Source of the DNA: a virus
DNA: 64,000 nt
IMG/VR virus record: IMGVR_UViG_3300025853_000041
Span: 41,182-105,181 of that record
Direction: 5' to 3' (one strand)
This document shows, piece after piece, positions 45,927 to 55,512 of this stretch (position 1 is its first letter; each line of letters opens with the position of its first letter). Under the pieces are notes generated by a model. The model was not told the DNA's origin. It made no database searches and saw nothing but the letters and a program-made list of their open reading frames with translations. A program made the position numbers and the translations under genes.

Positions 45927-48285
45927 CTTTCTCTATTATATTATTAATTGTTTCTTTTTTTAATTTTACTACTGCTTTGACACTTGGTCTAATCAGTTTT
46001 CTGCACAGGACATAATCTACAATAGTATTAATCCTTTTTTCTGGAATATTGCAAGAATAATTACCACCTTCTACGAAGTTTAAGATAAATAAAGCATTCT
46101 CCATTTCTCTTCTATGCTCTTCAAACAAGCCTTTCATATCTTCGTTAAAATAGTTTTTATCTTCACAAAGTTGTCTTATTTCTTGTGCATATTCCAAATT
46201 CTCTTCAGATACATGTTGATTATAATAAGTACTGCTTTTAGGTCCATATTGATAAACAAAATCATTTAAAACATTCAAAGCATCTCTTAATTTAGGTGAT
46301 ATAGCATCTAAGTTATGTATTTTTGCCATTTTATCTAAATCTGGGTACTGCTCGAATATGTATTGTGCTGTTCCAATATTCCTAATTAAAGGATACTCTG
46401 GTTTCATAAGCTTATCAAAATTTATAAAATTATCTATATGTTTTAAAAGTTTTTTCTTTGTAGGAGCAATCTCAAGAAGAGTTACAGGTACTCGTCTATT
46501 CAAATATTTATATAACTTTCTTAATCCTACACTCTTTGCCTCATCGTAAATAACTAAAGATTTAAACTCTTGAGACAATTTAGACATAAAATAAGTTTTA
46601 GAATCAGAGGTCACTTTATTCCCTTGTCCATATCTTAAAGTATGAAGGTTTACATTTTGAGACCAATCAAAACCAGCTCTTTTTACAGTCTTACGCTTTA
46701 GTTTATCTGCAGCTTTAGTATCTGTAATCCATTTTTTAGGCACAATAGCATCTGAAAAAGTAGGTACAGTTTTAAAATTACCTATAATATATGCAATTAT
46801 TAGTTTAAGTGCTCTTTTATCATAATCCCAACTTTTTTTATCATACCCAAGGCGATGTCTTTCTTTTGCTCTTTCAGAATCTCTTTTAACTTCCTTAATC
46901 ACCTTTTTATAATACTTCTTGAGGTCTTTCTCTTTTTTAATAAACATCGCTCCATGCTCAAAAGTTTCCCTAATATATCTTTTTGATATATTGTTTAAAT
47001 TTCCAACATCAGAATAGAATAATTTATTAAAACTCGATTTAAGCCCATTTACTGAAGTATAAAAATTTGCATAGGTTAGTTTACCATTTTTAAGTTTATA
47101 GGACACATGGACAAGTAAAGTGCTCATTACGGTCTCTAAACTGTTCAAAAAGGAATCAGGATTATAAAATTCTCCATTATAGGTGATTTTTCTATTACCA
47201 TCTGTTAGTTTGATTTTAACATCTTCATCAGGATTATTATCACCTACAATAAAATATAAATAATCTGTATTCTTTAAAGCCTCAATATAGCTTCCCATAT
47301 TGTCGTAATCTTTGGTTTTTTCTGCTAAGGCTAGAGCCTTAATTTCCTCCAAAGCTTTCTCTAATTTAGCTTCAATAGTTGCTTTATTTTTAGTAGAATA
47401 CAATATTTCCTCTCTGTTAGGTGTCACATCTAAATCTCCAATATCAAACAATAAACTAATAGGATATTCTTTAACCTTTTGAGAATATTGGGTATCTAAA
47501 CTATCCACTCTTACTGGATATCTAACTTTACCTAATAAAAGATTTAACTCTTTTTTACTATCTAAAGTGTTTACCCAAAAATTGTCAAACTTTTTGATTT
47601 TAAAGTTATTGTATCTATATTCAATATCGACCCTATTATAATAGTAATCATCTCCATTATTTATAACATCCTCAGGAGCAATAATATACAAATTTTCAAA
47701 ATATACTAATTGAGTTTTAATTGCTTCTGCAAAACTTTTTAAATCTCCACTTTGAATATTCAATTTAACTTCTAACCCATTTCTCTCATCAGTAGCTACC
47801 TCATGTAAAAGGTCTATTGAAATAGTATTTCCATCTTTATACATCATATAGATATACTTAGTTCCCTCATAGTTTGAAGTAATATATACTATATCAGAAT
47901 ATGCTAAAGCTGAAAATCTTCCTATTCCAAATCCACCAATTTGACTATTATCTGACCTTTTTGTTGAGCTCCCAATATTTTTGTAAATAGTATTAAACCT
48001 TTCTGGGCTTAACCCTACACCGAAATCTTGAATTCTACAAAAGAGCACTCCTTCTGAACTTTTTCCTAATTCTAAGATAACAGGCTCTTCTACTCCTGCC
48101 TCTACATGAGAATCCCAAGCATTACTTACTGTCTCTCTGATAAAAGATTCAATAGGCTTTGAATATAGATTGGTTGATAAGATTGTAACTATAAAATCAA
48201 TATTACTTGTATCAATTGATACATTATTGTTCTTTATATCTCCTACTTGTACTACGTCTTTTTTCTTGTCTGTTTCAAATATCAT
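45907..48285 (-). CDS. rIIA: rIIA-like protein with N-terminal GHKL ATPase domain
   Basis: LYSKP...RETVSNAWD, DFGVGL, STKR...GGFGIG and DVTPNRE motifs. Confidence 0.8.
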   Translation of the reverse strand: MIFETDKKKDVVQVGDIKNNNVSIDTSNIDFIVTILSTNLYSKPIESFIRETVSNAWDSHVEAGVEEPVILELGKSSEGVLFCRIQDFGVGLSPERFNTIYKNIGSSTKRSDNSQIGGFGIGRFSALAYSDIVYITSNYEGTKYIYMMYKDGNTISIDLLHEVATDERNGLEVKLNIQSGDLKSFAEAIKTQLVYFENLYIIAPEDVINNGDDYYYNRVDIEYRYNNFKIKKFDNFWVNTLDSKKELNLLLGKVRYPVRVDSLDTQYSQKVKEYPISLLFDIGDLDVTPNREEILYSTKNKATIEAKLEKALEEIKALALAEKTKDYDNMGSYIEALKNTDYLYFIVGDNNPDEDVKIKLTDGNRKITYNGEFYNPDSFLNSLETVMSTLLVHVSYKLKNGKLTYANFYTSVNGLKSSFNKLFYSDVGNLNNISKRYIRETFEHGAMFIKKEKDLKKYYKKVIKEVKRDSERAKERHRLGYDKKSWDYDKRALKLIIAYIIGNFKTVPTFSDAIVPKKWITDTKAADKLKRKTVKRAGFDWSQNVNLHTLRYGQGNKVTSDSKTYFMSKLSQEFKSLVIYDEAKSVGLRKLYKYLNRRVPVTLLEIAPTKKKLLKHIDNFINFDKLMKPEYPLIRNIGTAQYIFEQYPDLDKMAKIHNLDAISPKLRDALNVLNDFVYQYGPKSSTYYNQHVSEENLEYAQEIRQLCEDKNYFNEDMKGLFEEHRREMENALFILNFVEGGNYSCNIPEKRINTIVDYVLCRKLIRPSVKAVVKLKKETINNIIEKDENNTN

Positions 48286-48289
48286 TTTA

Positions 48290-49009
48290 TTACCAATTTA
48301 TTGTACCTAAGCTCTTGAGTCTTAGGATTGTGTTAGTTAAATAAAAACCATCATTTGAAAAACTATCATCAGCATTTTCAAAAAATGTAGAAGCTGGGTG
48401 ACTACCTGGAATAACATAATTTAATTTGTCATCCACAATAATCTCTTCTATGGTTTCTTTATCATACTTTGATGTTATCAAAGGGTTTTCTATTTTTGTG
48501 ATGAAACTTATAGGGTCTGCTCCCCACAACATCCATACACAAGGATTAGCGTGACTAATATAAGAAACAACAGTTTCTATAAAGTTTCGCCAATTTAACC
48601 TATGACTGTAAGCTTTTCCTATCTCAACAGTCAAAGCAGTATTTAGCAAAAATACTCCTTGCTTCTCCCATTTTTCTAAAGTGTTCCATTCACTTGATTG
48701 TTCTAAAGACCAATAAACTGTTCTAACAACTTCTTGTCTTATTTTTTCAAGGATATTTGGGGATTTTGCATCTCTTTTGACTCCATAAGCCAATCCATTA
48801 GCAGTCCTTGGTAAAGGATATGGTTCTTGTCCTAATATTACCACTTTAATGTCTTTTACAGGCATCTCAAAAACTCTAAAAATTAGAGATAATTCAGGCT
48901 GTATAGACATAGTATTAAGACTTTCGAGAAATTCAACCATAGGCTCTTTATAAGCCAAGCTATGTAATAATGGTATCCAAGATTCATGCACATTTTTAAA
49001 TAGATTCAT
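48290..49009 (-). CDS. ung: Family-1 uracil-DNA glycosylase (variant motifs)
   Basis: VVILGQEPYP, NGLAY, QGVFLLNTALTV, MLWG and HPAS motifs. Confidence 0.85.
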   Translation of the reverse strand: MNLFKNVHESWIPLLHSLAYKEPMVEFLESLNTMSIQPELSLIFRVFEMPVKDIKVVILGQEPYPLPRTANGLAYGVKRDAKSPNILEKIRQEVVRTVYWSLEQSSEWNTLEKWEKQGVFLLNTALTVEIGKAYSHRLNWRNFIETVVSYISHANPCVWMLWGADPISFITKIENPLITSKYDKETIEEIIVDDKLNYVIPGSHPASTFFENADDSFSNDGFYLTNTILRLKSLGTINW

Positions 49010-50082
49010 AATAATATTCTTTTAGCTTTTAAAAAATTAATTAATTCTTGTCGTCCCTTTTTGTGTATTAAATCTGAAGGGTCAGATATCTTTTTTGCCA
49101 AACACCATTCTGGCAAATATACGCTTCTAGCTTTATTATCAGAAGGGTAGTTTATTAAATTGACAAGGTCCTGAGCAGCTTTTATACCTGCTGCATCATT
49201 GTCAAAAAGTACTACTACCTCATCAAAACTATCCACCAAGTTCCAAAAAGCATTACTTTTTGGGAACATTCCTTCATTTTGTAACCATCTCACATTAAGC
49301 CCCAGGTTTCTTAATACTCTGAAATCTTTATATGACTTGGTTATGACTAATAGTCTGCCTGATTTGATAGGAGAAAGCATTCCTCCTACATCATCTGCAG
49401 TACAATTTGTTATGAATCTTTTACTTCCTTTTTGCTTAGGTCTGTAAATTTTCTTATTTCCACTCTCAAATTCAGTGTAAGCATATGCAATATCCTTTAC
49501 TCTGAACATATGGTCTCCTGTCTTAGTATTGAAAAGCTTAAACTTTCTAATAGGAAAAACTTTATCTTCTATTAGGTTGTCTTTAGAGATTAAATATCTG
49601 TGTTCCCAAAAATTTCTATCAACTATTAAGAAATCTCTGGTATTCATTAGTATTTTTACTCTCTTCTTTTCTTTTTTTAAGGAAGGTCTAGTGTAAACTT
49701 TGTGTATTATGTCATGTTTAACATCTTTACCATCAATTAGCTTAGCTTTTATGAATTCTAAAGTCTTATAGAAATTAGGTAATCCAAAATAAACCATAAC
49801 TGCATCAAAGCAATCGATATTTGACATCTTTACACCATTTATAACTCTTGTATCAGCAAAATCAGTAAACCTTAATTTATTTGTATTAAGGTCTATTTCA
49901 AACCAGCATCCAGGTGAGTTGTCTTCTCTAAATGGAGAAGTAATATACTCAAACTCAACAGGCTTAAAACCAAAGACTAATTGGAATATGTCTTCTTGTG
50001 AGACATATTCCAATATTTTGTCTTTGCTAATAAAACCACTTTCTATTATGTCAGTATCAGTAGTTCTATTAAATTCTGCCAT
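49006..50082 (-). CDS. DNA primase (TOPRIM, crAss-type)
   Basis: SPFREDNSP, ITKSYKD, FDNDAAG and DPSD motifs. Confidence 0.8.
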   Translation of the reverse strand: MAEFNRTTDTDIIESGFISKDKILEYVSQEDIFQLVFGFKPVEFEYITSPFREDNSPGCWFEIDLNTNKLRFTDFADTRVINGVKMSNIDCFDAVMVYFGLPNFYKTLEFIKAKLIDGKDVKHDIIHKVYTRPSLKKEKKRVKILMNTRDFLIVDRNFWEHRYLISKDNLIEDKVFPIRKFKLFNTKTGDHMFRVKDIAYAYTEFESGNKKIYRPKQKGSKRFITNCTADDVGGMLSPIKSGRLLVITKSYKDFRVLRNLGLNVRWLQNEGMFPKSNAFWNLVDSFDEVVVLFDNDAAGIKAAQDLVNLINYPSDNKARSVYLPEWCLAKKISDPSDLIHKKGRQELINFLKAKRILL

Positions 50083-50093
50083 CTACAATAATT

Positions 50094-50849
50094 TTACCAT
50101 TGAGATTTTACAGCAGTTACACCAGCACTAGCTGCAGCAGCAGTAGCAGGCTCTTCACCTTCTATTTGCTGAATAGCTTTATTACTTTTCATGAAGTTTT
50201 CACTTCTTGTGAATGGGTGCTCATTACCAGCTCCATCAACATAACGAAGCCCAGCTTCATCAGCAGGATTGAAAGCTCCACCAACAGGTGCAATATGAGG
50301 AGCCAAGAAACGACCACCTTTCATATTTTTAGGTAATTGAAGGAAAGTTCTTTCATTACCTTCACCAATATTCCACTGATATTCTAAGAATACATCTACT
50401 GGAATTGTAGCAAAATTTCCTGGTTTGATACCACACATAGCAGTAGCCCAAGTTGCAAAATTGGTAACATTACCATTTTGCAAAGCACTTTTAATTTGGT
50501 CTTCTGTTGCACCTAATGCTTTTACAGCATGCACAATTACAGCTTCTCGCTGAGCTTTCTCTGCATTGTAAAGTTCATTATACCCTGGTTCACCTTCAGA
50601 GATTTTATTATCTCCTTTGAATAGGTCTCCTGTGATATCATAGATACGACTTCTGAATTCCTTTTCACCAATTTTGACAGTTATGTCAATAGCATCAGCT
50701 AATGATTCATCTGCTCCTGCATTTGGGTTATACTCTAATTTGGTAATATTAACTGCTTGGTTAAGACCAAATCTACCACCTTGTTTACTTTTTAGTGAGT
50801 CATCATTATCATTCTGATATCCCCAACTTGTTTTTGTGTTTTCACTCAT
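50094..50849 (-). CDS. Putative single-stranded DNA-binding protein
   Basis: Position between primase and Sak4-like ATPase; low-complexity tail ending in Trp. Confidence 0.5.
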   Translation of the reverse strand: MSENTKTSWGYQNDNDDSLKSKQGGRFGLNQAVNITKLEYNPNAGADESLADAIDITVKIGEKEFRSRIYDITGDLFKGDNKISEGEPGYNELYNAEKAQREAVIVHAVKALGATEDQIKSALQNGNVTNFATWATAMCGIKPGNFATIPVDVFLEYQWNIGEGNERTFLQLPKNMKGGRFLAPHIAPVGGAFNPADEAGLRYVDGAGNEHPFTRSENFMKSNKAIQQIEGEEPATAAAASAGVTAVKSQW

Positions 50850-50886
50850 TTTTTACTAATTTTTTAATATATTAAAATTAAAACTC

Positions 50887-51282
50887 TTAATGCCAAGTTG
50901 CCTTGGGTATTTCTTGTGTTTCTTCTACTTCTTCTTCTACTTCGTCTTCTACTTCTTCTTCTGTTTCTTCCATTGTAGTATTGGAAACTTCATCTTCATC
51001 TGCAACAATTTCCATAGTAGGCTCAGAACCTTTAACTTCTTCAGCAACAACATCAATATTATTTACTGTTTCGCATTCAGTCTCATCTTCAACAATAACA
51101 AATGCTGCAGCTTTTGGTTTTTTTGTTTTCTTACCCTTTAATTCTGGGTGTTTAAACAGTTGTCCTAACTCAGTTTTGTTAAGTCCATAATGAAGTCTGA
51201 TTTCTTCTCTGGTTTGACCATTGCTTAGCATGTCTAAGACTTGTTTGATGCCTATTACTGGCGTTTCTTTTTTTGTGCTCAT
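50887..51282 (-). CDS. Hypothetical protein, HTH-like N-terminus and very acidic tail
   Basis: LDMLSNGQTREEIRLHYGL; EEEVEDEVEEEVEE. Confidence 0.55.
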   Translation of the reverse strand: MSTKKETPVIGIKQVLDMLSNGQTREEIRLHYGLNKTELGQLFKHPELKGKKTKKPKAAAFVIVEDETECETVNNIDVVAEEVKGSEPTMEIVADEDEVSNTTMEETEEEVEDEVEEEVEETQEIPKATWH

Positions 51283-51284
51283 AA

Positions 51285-51956
51285 TTAATATGTTTTTAAT
51301 GCATCGATTACTACATTGTAATCATTTTCAATTTTGCCATCAAATAATCCCATTGGGCTTCTGGCTGTGTTATACCCATTGTTCTGTGTTTCAAGAATAA
51401 AGTTTAAATCATCTCCTTCTTTCTCAACATTTGCATAAAATACTGCTTCAAGTTTACCTTCAATTTGCATTTTATTAGCTAAGTTTCCAAGAGTCTTTAA
51501 TCTTATTCTTGTTTCTGCTCCTTCTTTATAAGTCTCAGTGTGACCTGTAAGAATAGCATATCTTTCCTCTTCAAACATCTCTTTTTCAAGACCTACTTTA
51601 ATATGCTCTATAATCTCTGCATAAGATTTAGGAATTATATGGAATGGAGCAATAGGAGCTATTTTCTTCCCATACTCTAATTTTCCACCTTTCCATACTG
51701 GATTCTTATTATCAGCATTATACCATATATTTGTTTTTGAAGGTAAGTTTCTCATCCCTGTGCTTTTACCCACCCCAGGTGGTCCAAGTATCAAAGCAAT
51801 CTCAAAACCTAATTCTTGTAAATCAATTATGAAACGATAAATCTCAGTTCCATAATCTTTCCATTTATCATGTCCAGGTTTCTTTTTGTCTAACATATAT
51901 TGATTTTCCTGAATTTGAGTCAGTGTATCAACACATATTGTGCTTATTTTTGTCAT
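51285..51956 (-). CDS. Sak4/AAA_24-like P-loop ATPase (rearranged motif order)
   Basis: GPPGVGKST, WYNADNK, LTGH, KTLG...IEG and TARSPMGLF...IENDY motifs. Confidence 0.8.
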   Translation of the reverse strand: MTKISTICVDTLTQIQENQYMLDKKKPGHDKWKDYGTEIYRFIIDLQELGFEIALILGPPGVGKSTGMRNLPSKTNIWYNADNKNPVWKGGKLEYGKKIAPIAPFHIIPKSYAEIIEHIKVGLEKEMFEEERYAILTGHTETYKEGAETRIRLKTLGNLANKMQIEGKLEAVFYANVEKEGDDLNFILETQNNGYNTARSPMGLFDGKIENDYNVVIDALKTY

Positions 51957-51965
51957 AGTTATCTT

Positions 51966-53084
51966 TTAATTTAATAATTTAAAACTCTTCAGACCACCAA
52001 ACATATCAGTTCTGAAATGCTGTGGAAATTCGCAATGCCTACTTTCTACTAAATGAATAGTTCTTAGATTAGGAAATATTGGATTGTCTCTACTATCTCT
52101 AATTATAGTTCCAAAATGCTTTTTAAGATTATATCTTTGGTCATTTGGGTTAAAAATTGTAAACACATAATCTGCATCCTCTGCTAAGTTTCCTGTGTCC
52201 TTAATGTCATCACTACCTGGGAACAACATATCACCAAACTCTTTCATTCTTCCTATCTCTGATAAGCCTCTGTTTAAGTGAATGATATGTGCAAATGTGT
52301 AGTTACACCAATTTCTTAACTCAACACTGTATTCAATGAATTTATCTACTGTCTGTTTCATTTGAAAACCTCTTTCAGGAAGTAATTTCCTAAGGTGGTC
52401 AGTAATGATTATAGTGTATCTATCAGGTGTATTAGGTTTGTATCCTGTAATCCTTACAGATTTACCATATTTTTGTGTGATAAATTTTCCATCTTTTTCA
52501 GCATGTCTTTTAAGATACTTGTAAATTCCTGTGGGATTGTCCTTTTCTTCTATAAATGTTATGAATCCTTTTTCTATTTGCTCACCATTGGAGCTGTATT
52601 CCCCAAATAAGGGTATGATTCTATCTTTATATATTTTTTGGACAAGTTCAAAAATCTCTGGTTTAACCTTAATAACTTTTGCATCATCATCTTGCAACCT
52701 TCCTCTAAGATAATCAGGAGATAAGCCAATTACATTTTCACCATCTTTAGTGACACCCTCTGGGAGAGTAATTGTTTCTACACCATAATCATGATAGAGG
52801 AAATAGGTAGCAAAATCAAATTCTTTGGATACTCTGTCAAGTTCAAAAGAAAAATAAATCCATTCAATAGGAATATTAAAAGCCATTGCTTGTAAGAAAG
52901 GTTGAATCACAAATGCATAATCTACAAATGTACTTTTTCCTGCCTTTGGAGCTGCAGCAATACCATATATTCTGCCTCTTTGGACTCCATTAATAGCTTT
53001 AGAAATATTCATTAATCCTTCTCCCATTGGTAGTCCTTTATTACCACCTGTTTGACCCTTTTTATATTCTTCTATGAAATTCAT
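51966..53084 (-). CDS. DnaB-like replicative helicase
   Basis: AAPKAGKST, YFSFE, ITDH, HLNR and DIKDTG motifs. Confidence 0.8.
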   Translation of the reverse strand: MNFIEEYKKGQTGGNKGLPMGEGLMNISKAINGVQRGRIYGIAAAPKAGKSTFVDYAFVIQPFLQAMAFNIPIEWIYFSFELDRVSKEFDFATYFLYHDYGVETITLPEGVTKDGENVIGLSPDYLRGRLQDDDAKVIKVKPEIFELVQKIYKDRIIPLFGEYSSNGEQIEKGFITFIEEKDNPTGIYKYLKRHAEKDGKFITQKYGKSVRITGYKPNTPDRYTIIITDHLRKLLPERGFQMKQTVDKFIEYSVELRNWCNYTFAHIIHLNRGLSEIGRMKEFGDMLFPGSDDIKDTGNLAEDADYVFTIFNPNDQRYNLKKHFGTIIRDSRDNPIFPNLRTIHLVESRHCEFPQHFRTDMFGGLKSFKLLN

Positions 53085-53675
53085 TTATTTACTTCTTCTT
53101 GTTCTTTTTTTAGGTGCTTCTGGAATATCTTCAACAACAACAGTAGCAGGCTCTATTGCCTGAGGTTTTGGTGGTGGTGAAGCTTTATATGTCACAGCAA
53201 CAACATTAAATTCAGATAATACGTCTTTAAGGACAGGTAATACATCCTTCCAAGAGCCTCCACCTATACCACAACCAATCTGAGGAACATAGACAGTAAA
53301 TGTATGTCTTTGTTCAGGTGGTATTGTAAAAGTTAAAGCTTTGATGGAAGTTTTTAGAGCATCTATATCAAAATTTGCTCCTGGATTATATTGAGTATAT
53401 AAGTTTGCACCTATTTTCAATTGGTCCTGTGTATCAGCCAATACTACTGCACTAAAGCTTCCAAACCTTTGTGTAGCTAATCTTGAATCATATTGGTCCA
53501 GATAAAAAAGGGGAGGAATATTGTGCCTTATTTGAGCTGCAATCCCTGCTCCCATTTGTTTTTGACAATTTGCTCCATGCATTATGATAGCACTTGTCTC
53601 GCTTTTGAAGAATAGCTCAATAGCATCCCCTTCAACCTCTACAAATGTAGGGCTTTTTTTCTTATTTTCACTCAT
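53085..53675 (-). CDS. Macrodomain (ADP-ribose processing) protein
   Basis: HGANCQKQMGAGIA, NLYTQ and PQIGCGIGGGSW motifs. Confidence 0.85.
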   Translation of the reverse strand: MSENKKKSPTFVEVEGDAIELFFKSETSAIIMHGANCQKQMGAGIAAQIRHNIPPLFYLDQYDSRLATQRFGSFSAVVLADTQDQLKIGANLYTQYNPGANFDIDALKTSIKALTFTIPPEQRHTFTVYVPQIGCGIGGGSWKDVLPVLKDVLSEFNVVAVTYKASPPPKPQAIEPATVVVEDIPEAPKKRTRRSK

Positions 53676-53714
53676 AAATTTTAATTATTTTATTAATATT
53701 TTAATAATAATACT

Positions 53715-54788
53715 CTACTTTTCATCTCGCCATGAGTCGAAAAATGCATGCCTTGGGAAGTCTTTGATAGGGGGCATTCCTGTATATTTGAAACTTTTCC
53801 CAATGTAGTTTTCTTTGTTATCTAAAAGTTCTCTTCTGGCATCATGGTCAAAACCATTTAGTCCAACACAGAAAGTTCCTTTTCCTTCAAATTCTACTAC
53901 AAAACCTTTAGCCATTCCACTAGGAATTCTATCAGCTTTTAATTGAGAAGTCTTACTTCTACCTAATTCATTAACTGTTTTCTCAACACCCTCTTTTACC
54001 ATTGTGGCTTCTTCCACATCTAGTATCACACCATCATACTCATTTTTATCATCCTTCATTTTCAGAAGAGTACCTTGATTTAAGGTTGACCTTCCAAATT
54101 TATATGGATGAGTGCTATGAGTAAGTACAAGACCTTCATATCCTTGTTCAAGATTATATTCATATAGAGAATATAGGTCTTCAATAGACTCTGGTTTCAT
54201 TCTATCTGGCATTCTAAGATACATCTCTTCAAAACTATATAAACATAATCTTTTGAAAGCTTCTTGCCATCTCTCTTTGAATCCTATCAAATCTGGTCTG
54301 TCAGTGATAATAAAATCAAATGCAAAACACTCCAAATCTTCATGAAATGTAGTTAAGAATTTAATATCTTTACCTCTGTACTTTTCTTGAAATGCTTCAG
54401 GTTTTTTCTCTTTCATCTTTGTAAGCTCATCGATATAATCCTGTGTAGTTACATCAGATTTAGAGAAAAACCTAAATATTTCATTGAATGGCATTCCATG
54501 CATATAGAATTCACCTTCAAGAATAATATTATTATCCAAGCAAACTTGATTCAGTTTAGCAAATCTTGCCTTAACAAGGTCACTTCCTGGTTCTTTCAGG
54601 CTTCTGGTTAAAACTTTTGGTCCTAAACCAAATTCCATTCTACATCCATCTTTCTTTGGAAAGATTATGTATTCTTCAATCCCACCATTCTTGGCAATTG
54701 TTGCTTCAAATGCTGTCTTATCAAATGACCCATCTTTAGGGGCATTTGGTATTAAATTCGGTTTAAACTTTATTGGTATATTTCCCAT
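53715..54788 (-). CDS. ATP-dependent DNA ligase
   Basis: KKDGCR, EGEFY, FDFI, EGLVL and LLKMK motifs. Confidence 0.85.
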   Translation of the reverse strand: MGNIPIKFKPNLIPNAPKDGSFDKTAFEATIAKNGGIEEYIIFPKKDGCRMEFGLGPKVLTRSLKEPGSDLVKARFAKLNQVCLDNNIILEGEFYMHGMPFNEIFRFFSKSDVTTQDYIDELTKMKEKKPEAFQEKYRGKDIKFLTTFHEDLECFAFDFIITDRPDLIGFKERWQEAFKRLCLYSFEEMYLRMPDRMKPESIEDLYSLYEYNLEQGYEGLVLTHSTHPYKFGRSTLNQGTLLKMKDDKNEYDGVILDVEEATMVKEGVEKTVNELGRSKTSQLKADRIPSGMAKGFVVEFEGKGTFCVGLNGFDHDARRELLDNKENYIGKSFKYTGMPPIKDFPRHAFFDSWRDEK

Positions 54789-54805
54789 ATTTTGTGTATT
54801 TTATG

Positions 54806-55063
54806 TTAATGTCCTCCATATACTTGTTTTCCATCTCTGTATACATCGTACCTATTTGTATCTAAATCTCCTGCTTCTTCAGGAGTTATAGTCTCATAAG
54901 GAACATCATCATCAATCTCCCATTGTTCATTAATTTCAAATCCATTTGGAGAAATAAAATCTCCTACATCCTCATCATCTATGTCTTCAGGGACATCTAC
55001 CTCAAATGTCTGAGTTCTGTAATAAACTTCTGTAGCTGTTACTGTCACTTTTCTTGTTTCCAT
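54806..55063 (-). CDS. Acidic hypothetical protein
   Basis: 85-aa coupled ORF. Confidence 0.55.
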   Translation of the reverse strand: METRKVTVTATEVYYRTQTFEVDVPEDIDDEDVGDFISPNGFEINEQWEIDDDVPYETITPEEAGDLDTNRYDVYRDGKQVYGGH

Positions 55064-55512
55064 TACTTCATTGTATTAGTTACACTTGTTCTTCCTTTTC
55101 CTGCTTTCTTAGCTTCAAGGTACTTATCATACCAGTCATCAAATTCATACATGGCTGAGGTACCCTGTCCTTTCTTTAAGAAATAATGTGGATACCTAAT
55201 AAACCGTGAATCTGTTTGAGATAAGTAAAGCTTAACTGTGGCAATCACATCTTCTTTTCTTATCTCTGGTCTAGCTCTGAACATTGCTTTCAATCTCATG
55301 ACTGATTCTTTAACCTTTCCTCCTCTATCAGGATTCTTTGCTTTAAAGAGTGCACAATATTCTGTCTTCACCCATGCCCAAGGGTCATCATCTGCTATAT
55401 CTATTATTATTGAATCATAAATCTTATCAATAACAGATGCAGCAACAAGTTCTTCTCTAGGTGTTACGCAAATTTCTTTTGCAAAGGCTAAAATTTCTTC
55501 TCTTGTTATCAT
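55063..55512 (-). CDS. Hypothetical replication-module protein
   Basis: Coupled ORF; helical, with IRYPHYFL motif. Confidence 0.55.
   Translation of the reverse strand: MITREEILAFAKEICVTPREELVAASVIDKIYDSIIIDIADDDPWAWVKTEYCALFKAKNPDRGGKVKESVMRLKAMFRARPEIRKEDVIATVKLYLSQTDSRFIRYPHYFLKKGQGTSAMYEFDDWYDKYLEAKKAGKGRTSVTNTMK

Noticed and set aside
50850-50886. AT-only palindromes in - strand spacers as phage RNAP promoters
   Set aside because: No consistent shared motif across spacers; expected by chance at this AT content.
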